DNA of 64,000 nucleotides, taken from the IMG/VR virus record IMGVR_UViG_3300030294_000026, positions 1 through 64,000 of that record. One strand, written 5' to 3'. Position 1 is the first letter of the stretch. Each line of letters opens with the position of its first letter. Source of the DNA: an uncultured virus (IMG/VR IMGVR_UViG_3300030294_000026). Its lineage: Duplodnaviria > Heunggongvirae > Uroviricota > Caudoviricetes. Below, piece after piece: positions 60,601-64,000 of the stretch. The notes under the pieces are model-generated. The model saw only the letters and a list, made by a program, of their open reading frames with translations. It made no database searches and was not told where the DNA came from. A program made the translations under genes and the position numbers.

Positions 60601-63600
60601 ATATAAATCAAGAATTACAAACCATTATGACAAATTATAATACTCTCAATGGTATGGGTTTAAAAAGTCCAATAAGTAATGAAATGATTAATAGTATAAA
60701 AGAAGCATCATCAAGCATGGATGTTTATGGTAAAGAAATAAAAACTACATCATCAAATGCTAATAGTAATACTAAATTAGTTTCTGAGGCTATGAATCAA
60801 ATAAGACAGGGTTCTTCGGTAAGTTCGGAAACTATTAGTAAAATATCACAATCGTATCCTAACTTAGGTATAAATGCAAGTAATGCAAAGCAAAAAATTC
60901 AAGAATTAAATAAAGCAATTTCTGATACCCCAAGTGTAGATGACCAAACAAATAAAGAACAAGAAAATGCAAATGCTATAGCAAATGCTACTAAAGAATA
61001 TGGAAAATCTACAGAAGCAATTGCCAAAATGCAAGGATATCTTGATAAAATTAATAAAACACATTCGTTAACACCGACTCTTGTTACACAAATCTCTAAG
61101 GCTTATCCTGAATTAGCGAGTCAAGTTGGAAATGTAACACAACTTGAAGAGTCGTTAAAACAAAAGATACAAGAACAAGCAGATTCTCAGTTGGCTAACT
61201 ATGAAATCATGATGGGATCAGACCAAGAATTTTATTCACAAAAAATAAAAAACAATCAAAGCTTTGAAGATTCGCTTAATGCATTTCTAAATTCATTTGT
61301 GACTAATAGTGAAGATGCTTACAATATTGACACAAATAATTACAAAACACTAAATGAACTTAAGCAAGGCATTCAGGGAGATTTTGGCGAATCGATTAAT
61401 CAATGGCTTAGTCAGTATGTTGATACATCTGTAAAAGGATATTCTATTGATCTAAGTAATTTTAAAAGTTTAGCAGATGCGAAACAAGGTATATTAAAAA
61501 TACTTAAAGGTGAAATGGATAAACTTAATCAAGCTATGGCGACTATGACTAAAAATATAGCAGACCAAGCCAAAGCTATAGATAATGCTAAAAGTAGTGA
61601 TGTTAACTCTCTAAATTCAGAAAAGCTATATGGTAAAGATATTCAAGCGTTAGAAAGTTTAGCTGATAAACAAAAACAAGTACAAGGTGGAATTAATGAT
61701 TTTAATGCTAGTTTTGATAAGTTCGGAATAGCTGAAAAAGGTCTTAGTGGTGGAAGTATAGGTAATGGTGGGACTGGAACACCAGCTAAAGACACCTCGA
61801 AAGCAGATGCTAAAAAAGCAGAAAAAGAACTTGAAGATTCTGAAAAGAAAATGATTGATAATATCACTGATGCTTATAATAAAGCAAAAGATATCATATC
61901 GAATGATATTGAAGAAATAGATGCTAAAATAACTGGATTAGGTGATATAGATGATTCTAATTTTACTCAAAAAGTTTCACTTGTAAATGATAAAATAGGT
62001 GAACAAAAGAAAATAGTAGATGAAGCTGATAAACAGTTACAAGCTTTAAAAAACACAACAGTAACTACAGCAGATGCACAAGAAAGTCTAGAAAATGCGA
62101 CACTTAAAGCATCGAAAGAATTACGGCAAGAAAGTTTAGAAGTAGCAAAACTTCAATCAGAAATCGAAAAAACTGATATTGATGAATTAAAGAAGATGTA
62201 TGAAGACCAAAAGAGCATTGAAACTGAAACTTTAGAAGCTAATCAAAAAGCACAAACAGATAAAATAGAATCTATTAAGCAAGCACAAGAAGATGCACAT
62301 AACCAAATAATGAATGATTATGAAGATGAATTAACTGCTTTAGATAACAAATCTAAGAAATTAGATGAAGATAATGACAAAATAGAAAGAGCTAATGAAT
62401 TAGAAAAAGAGAAAAATGATTTATTAGAGAAGCAAAAAGAGTTAAGTAACTTAGAATCACAAAAGACTGTAAAAACTTTAAAACAGGATAGTTCAGGGGC
62501 ATGGTCATATGTAGGTGAAGTAGACACTACTGCTATAGCAACTAAACAAAAAGAAGTTACAGAAGCTCAAAAAACTCTCGATGATACAAATAGAAAAAAT
62601 GCTTTAGATGATGCAAAAAAAGAAATAGAAGATAAAAAAACTGTTATTGAAGCAGAAAAAACAGCAGAAGATGACTTGTATAAAAAGAAAAAAGAATATT
62701 TAGATAAGTATTCAGATGATTTGAAAGAATCACAAGATAGAGATACGAAGCGTCTCGAGAATAATTATTCCGACATTGAAAAAATGGCAAAAGATACATT
62801 AAAAAAATTAGAAGAAGAACACAATAATGATTGGAATGCTATTTCAGATTCAATTTCGCTTACATTAACTAGAACTAAGAAAGCATTAGAAGACTTAACT
62901 ACATTAAGAGCCAATTTTACAACATCAGAAGCAAATGATGCTATTAATAGTGGAGATGTATCAGGATATGTAACAAAAAATAAGGATAAAATGAATCTAA
63001 AAGCAAATGTAGATGAAAGTGACATAGATGCTCATTTAAGTGCTATTAGTGATAATGCAGATGAGGCTACTACTTCAATTACCATATTAAATAAAACCTA
63101 TGATGAGTTATTATCTAAGAAAAGTATTAGTAATATAACCGAAGCTGATATTAATGATAAAAAAGTACAAGTTCAAAAAACGGTGGATATAGACAATGAG
63201 GGCTTAACTAATACTCTAAATAATTTAAAAACTATTAATGCTACAATTGAAGCAGAAATAGATTCTCACTATGCAAAATTACTTGATAAACAAAATATAT
63301 CGCAACAAAGTGAAATGGACAGTTTAAAGGTTTTTGCAGAAGAATATACTACTTATTATAATAAATTTTTAGAATTAGTACAAACAGTTAATGACTTTAG
63401 GTTTAATAATATTGTAGTTAATGTGCAAAGTTCAGTAGATAATGTATTACAAGGATTAGAAGTTATTGCAAAAGCTTATGAAAAATATGCTAAAGCCTAT
63501 AATATTATGCATCCAAAAGACAAGATTTCATCCAGCGTAGATATATCAGATGTGCAAAGTGCAAATAATACATATAAGCAATCTGTAACAGGCTATCAAG

Positions 63601-63887
63601 CTAATGTATTAGCATCTTATTCAACAGAGTCATTTGAAAAATATGCAAGTCAAATAGGAAGTGGTATAGGAGATAGTATAGTTAGTAAATTAAATAGTTA
63701 TTCTTCTTCAACTGGTGTTTCAACAAGTACTAGTAACTCCACAACTAATAATAGCAATAAGTCAACAACAAGTAGTACAAGCATTGTAATAAACGGAGTA
63801 ACTGTGAATGCAGATAATGCAGAAGATTTCCTAAGTAGTTTATTAACAAAAGCAAAGCAAACAAGTGTATTAAAATCAATAAATTAA
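57696..63887 (+). CDS. Tail tape measure protein (TP901-family core)
   Basis: 2063 aa, IDTQMRDLAKV, VGNAIKTI, IAGQRQGN, hydrophobic NPFGLL region, long coiled coils. Confidence 0.92.
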   Translation: MAGQYKNSISLGIKLQPTSEVQIELKTAIEQLNKNSSIDLKIDTTQINQSLKDFSSTLMNVGDQLKSHFNMHGVSDEIDMLQKKITKVKGSSLDIGDGSKGFDELQQRAKVIRETVDELAKISFNTTKSGSVKDASITYTDNMGKLVTETMKWKNVSGDAENEVKRVFTTTNIAVSENIKTLENYKQKLEETKSKMQSSLNTLSSNSKNSNNLNGFIDESVIKSIQSRLNSINTNTADSEIKELQNTIKNLGSSESQIVRVQNAILKLENGLTNLRGKYSGLVGDSSSKAELSNYISQIENLKKVLSSLNNGDSLNGAKISQEIGKGTNASRELSTAVKNSSNALKLATTDSESFGQSIRRTLSNAGIYMGTYQAINMITSALKDGIKNIIDIDTQMRDLAKVSSATTEQLSKFSQVANKIAINVGTSTESVISATTYYSKLGYSIEEASKRAEKASIFANVADMGIDDASKALITIQKGFDLNSLEDMNRVMDVANAVGNNYSSTSQNVAEGLRRMGNAMKEAGNSYEQSVGLFVAGNASVQDAEVVGNAIKTITMRLRGMKTEIDETGIPATKLRQAIKDVTATTGQEIDIMKDDNTFKSTYQQMTELSQVYPKLTDAQRSYLQYVIAGQRQGNIFSGMMTNMKEGTDAYTTALNSNGSAMREQQIFMNSIEGKLNKLKETFKQFWVSTISSDSVKNMVDGLTSVVSIFGNLPSIVGLATTAFLIFKGQAIIGAISGLMQYATTLTSVISRVGLMKIAIGELSIAMSTNPFGLLAIGITTAVIALDLFGTSTEQAKQKNEELLKSIQQSKTDISSLEQLKTQYENLNKELDNGSLSTEQAKQKKQELSGVYQKLIQLAPELEGLLNSESEDYKNQSKAIQNIIDLKKQEMALKSEKYFDDNSISDKTIQQKIEQMKRYRQMMESNAKYATMSDEELKNNNALGWSSGDTVRDQNKHSELQNKQKLMDINQELQTIMTNYNTLNGMGLKSPISNEMINSIKEASSSMDVYGKEIKTTSSNANSNTKLVSEAMNQIRQGSSVSSETISKISQSYPNLGINASNAKQKIQELNKAISDTPSVDDQTNKEQENANAIANATKEYGKSTEAIAKMQGYLDKINKTHSLTPTLVTQISKAYPELASQVGNVTQLEESLKQKIQEQADSQLANYEIMMGSDQEFYSQKIKNNQSFEDSLNAFLNSFVTNSEDAYNIDTNNYKTLNELKQGIQGDFGESINQWLSQYVDTSVKGYSIDLSNFKSLADAKQGILKILKGEMDKLNQAMATMTKNIADQAKAIDNAKSSDVNSLNSEKLYGKDIQALESLADKQKQVQGGINDFNASFDKFGIAEKGLSGGSIGNGGTGTPAKDTSKADAKKAEKELEDSEKKMIDNITDAYNKAKDIISNDIEEIDAKITGLGDIDDSNFTQKVSLVNDKIGEQKKIVDEADKQLQALKNTTVTTADAQESLENATLKASKELRQESLEVAKLQSEIEKTDIDELKKMYEDQKSIETETLEANQKAQTDKIESIKQAQEDAHNQIMNDYEDELTALDNKSKKLDEDNDKIERANELEKEKNDLLEKQKELSNLESQKTVKTLKQDSSGAWSYVGEVDTTAIATKQKEVTEAQKTLDDTNRKNALDDAKKEIEDKKTVIEAEKTAEDDLYKKKKEYLDKYSDDLKESQDRDTKRLENNYSDIEKMAKDTLKKLEEEHNNDWNAISDSISLTLTRTKKALEDLTTLRANFTTSEANDAINSGDVSGYVTKNKDKMNLKANVDESDIDAHLSAISDNADEATTSITILNKTYDELLSKKSISNITEADINDKKVQVQKTVDIDNEGLTNTLNNLKTINATIEAEIDSHYAKLLDKQNISQQSEMDSLKVFAEEYTTYYNKFLELVQTVNDFRFNNIVVNVQSSVDNVLQGLEVIAKAYEKYAKAYNIMHPKDKISSSVDISDVQSANNTYKQSVTGYQANVLASYSTESFEKYASQIGSGIGDSIVSKLNSYSSSTGVSTSTSNSTTNNSNKSTTSSTSIVINGVTVNADNAEDFLSSLLTKAKQTSVLKSIN

Positions 63888-63944
63888 ATAATAGAGATAC
63901 TAGATAATATTTTAGTATCTCTTACTCTATAAGGAGGAATTATA

Positions 63945-64000
63945 ATGTCCCTACATAAAGATTTAATAGAAACAATAGATATTAGAATTCAAAAATATTT
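63945..64000 (+). CDS. Start of next tail gene (truncated by window)
   Basis: AAGGAGG RBS, MSLHKDLIETIDIRIQKY... Confidence 0.6.
   Translation, partial: MSLHKDLIETIDIRIQKY

Larger units (their letters stand above)
1..64000. mobile_element. Large SPbeta-like temperate siphophage / phage-plasmid (partial genome)
   Basis: YonO-like RNAP, HU, phosphoesterase, TerL, portal, capsid, tail and tape measure in SPbeta-like order, plus TubZRY partition and iteron replicon; no integrase in window. Confidence 0.9.

Noticed and set aside
1985..63025. Many antisense ORFs inside larger genes (e.g. 1985, 4052, 19495, 22348, 39761, 57248, 59648)
   Set aside because: Shadow ORFs opposite well-supported genes, F/L/S/I-rich, no RBS
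1..64000. CRISPR array, rRNA, IS transposase, integrase
   Set aside because: No repeat-spacer array or recognisable motifs seen; iterons are short and helically phased

Overview
AT-rich (low-GC Firmicute, most likely Clostridium) segment of a large SPbeta-like siphophage that appears to be maintained as a plasmid (phage-plasmid). Left arm (1-10 kb, mostly minus strand): accessory genes, an FtsK/SpoIIIE + Replic_Relax + membrane-protein module, an Mrr-type nuclease and a type III partition system (tubZ-tubR-centromere-tubY). 11-17 kb: iteron/DnaA-box origin, replication initiator, GIY-YIG proteins and a possible second replicon. 19-22 kb: YonO-like single-subunit RNA polymerase, split by one extra base exactly at its catalytic DxDxD motif. 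23-36 kb: HU, beta-CASP nuclease, metallophosphoesterase, ClpP, homing-endonuclease-like genes, a structured ~400-nt noncoding region, and several small ORFs that look like fragments or chimeras of the phage's own terminase and tape-measure proteins. 36-64 kb: SPbeta-ordered packaging, head and tail genes (TerS-like, TerL, portal, protease/scaffold, capsid, head-tail, tail tube with a CCC-TAA +1 frameshift, chaperone, tape measure), interrupted by a moron region with three type I toxin-like peptides. Most novel candidates: (i) a conserved three-way-junction/pseudoknot RNA leader in front of three different nuclease genes, (ii) the self-mimic chimeric proteins, (iii) the RNAP catalytic-motif frameshift. 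All homology calls come from motif recognition by eye; no searches were run.
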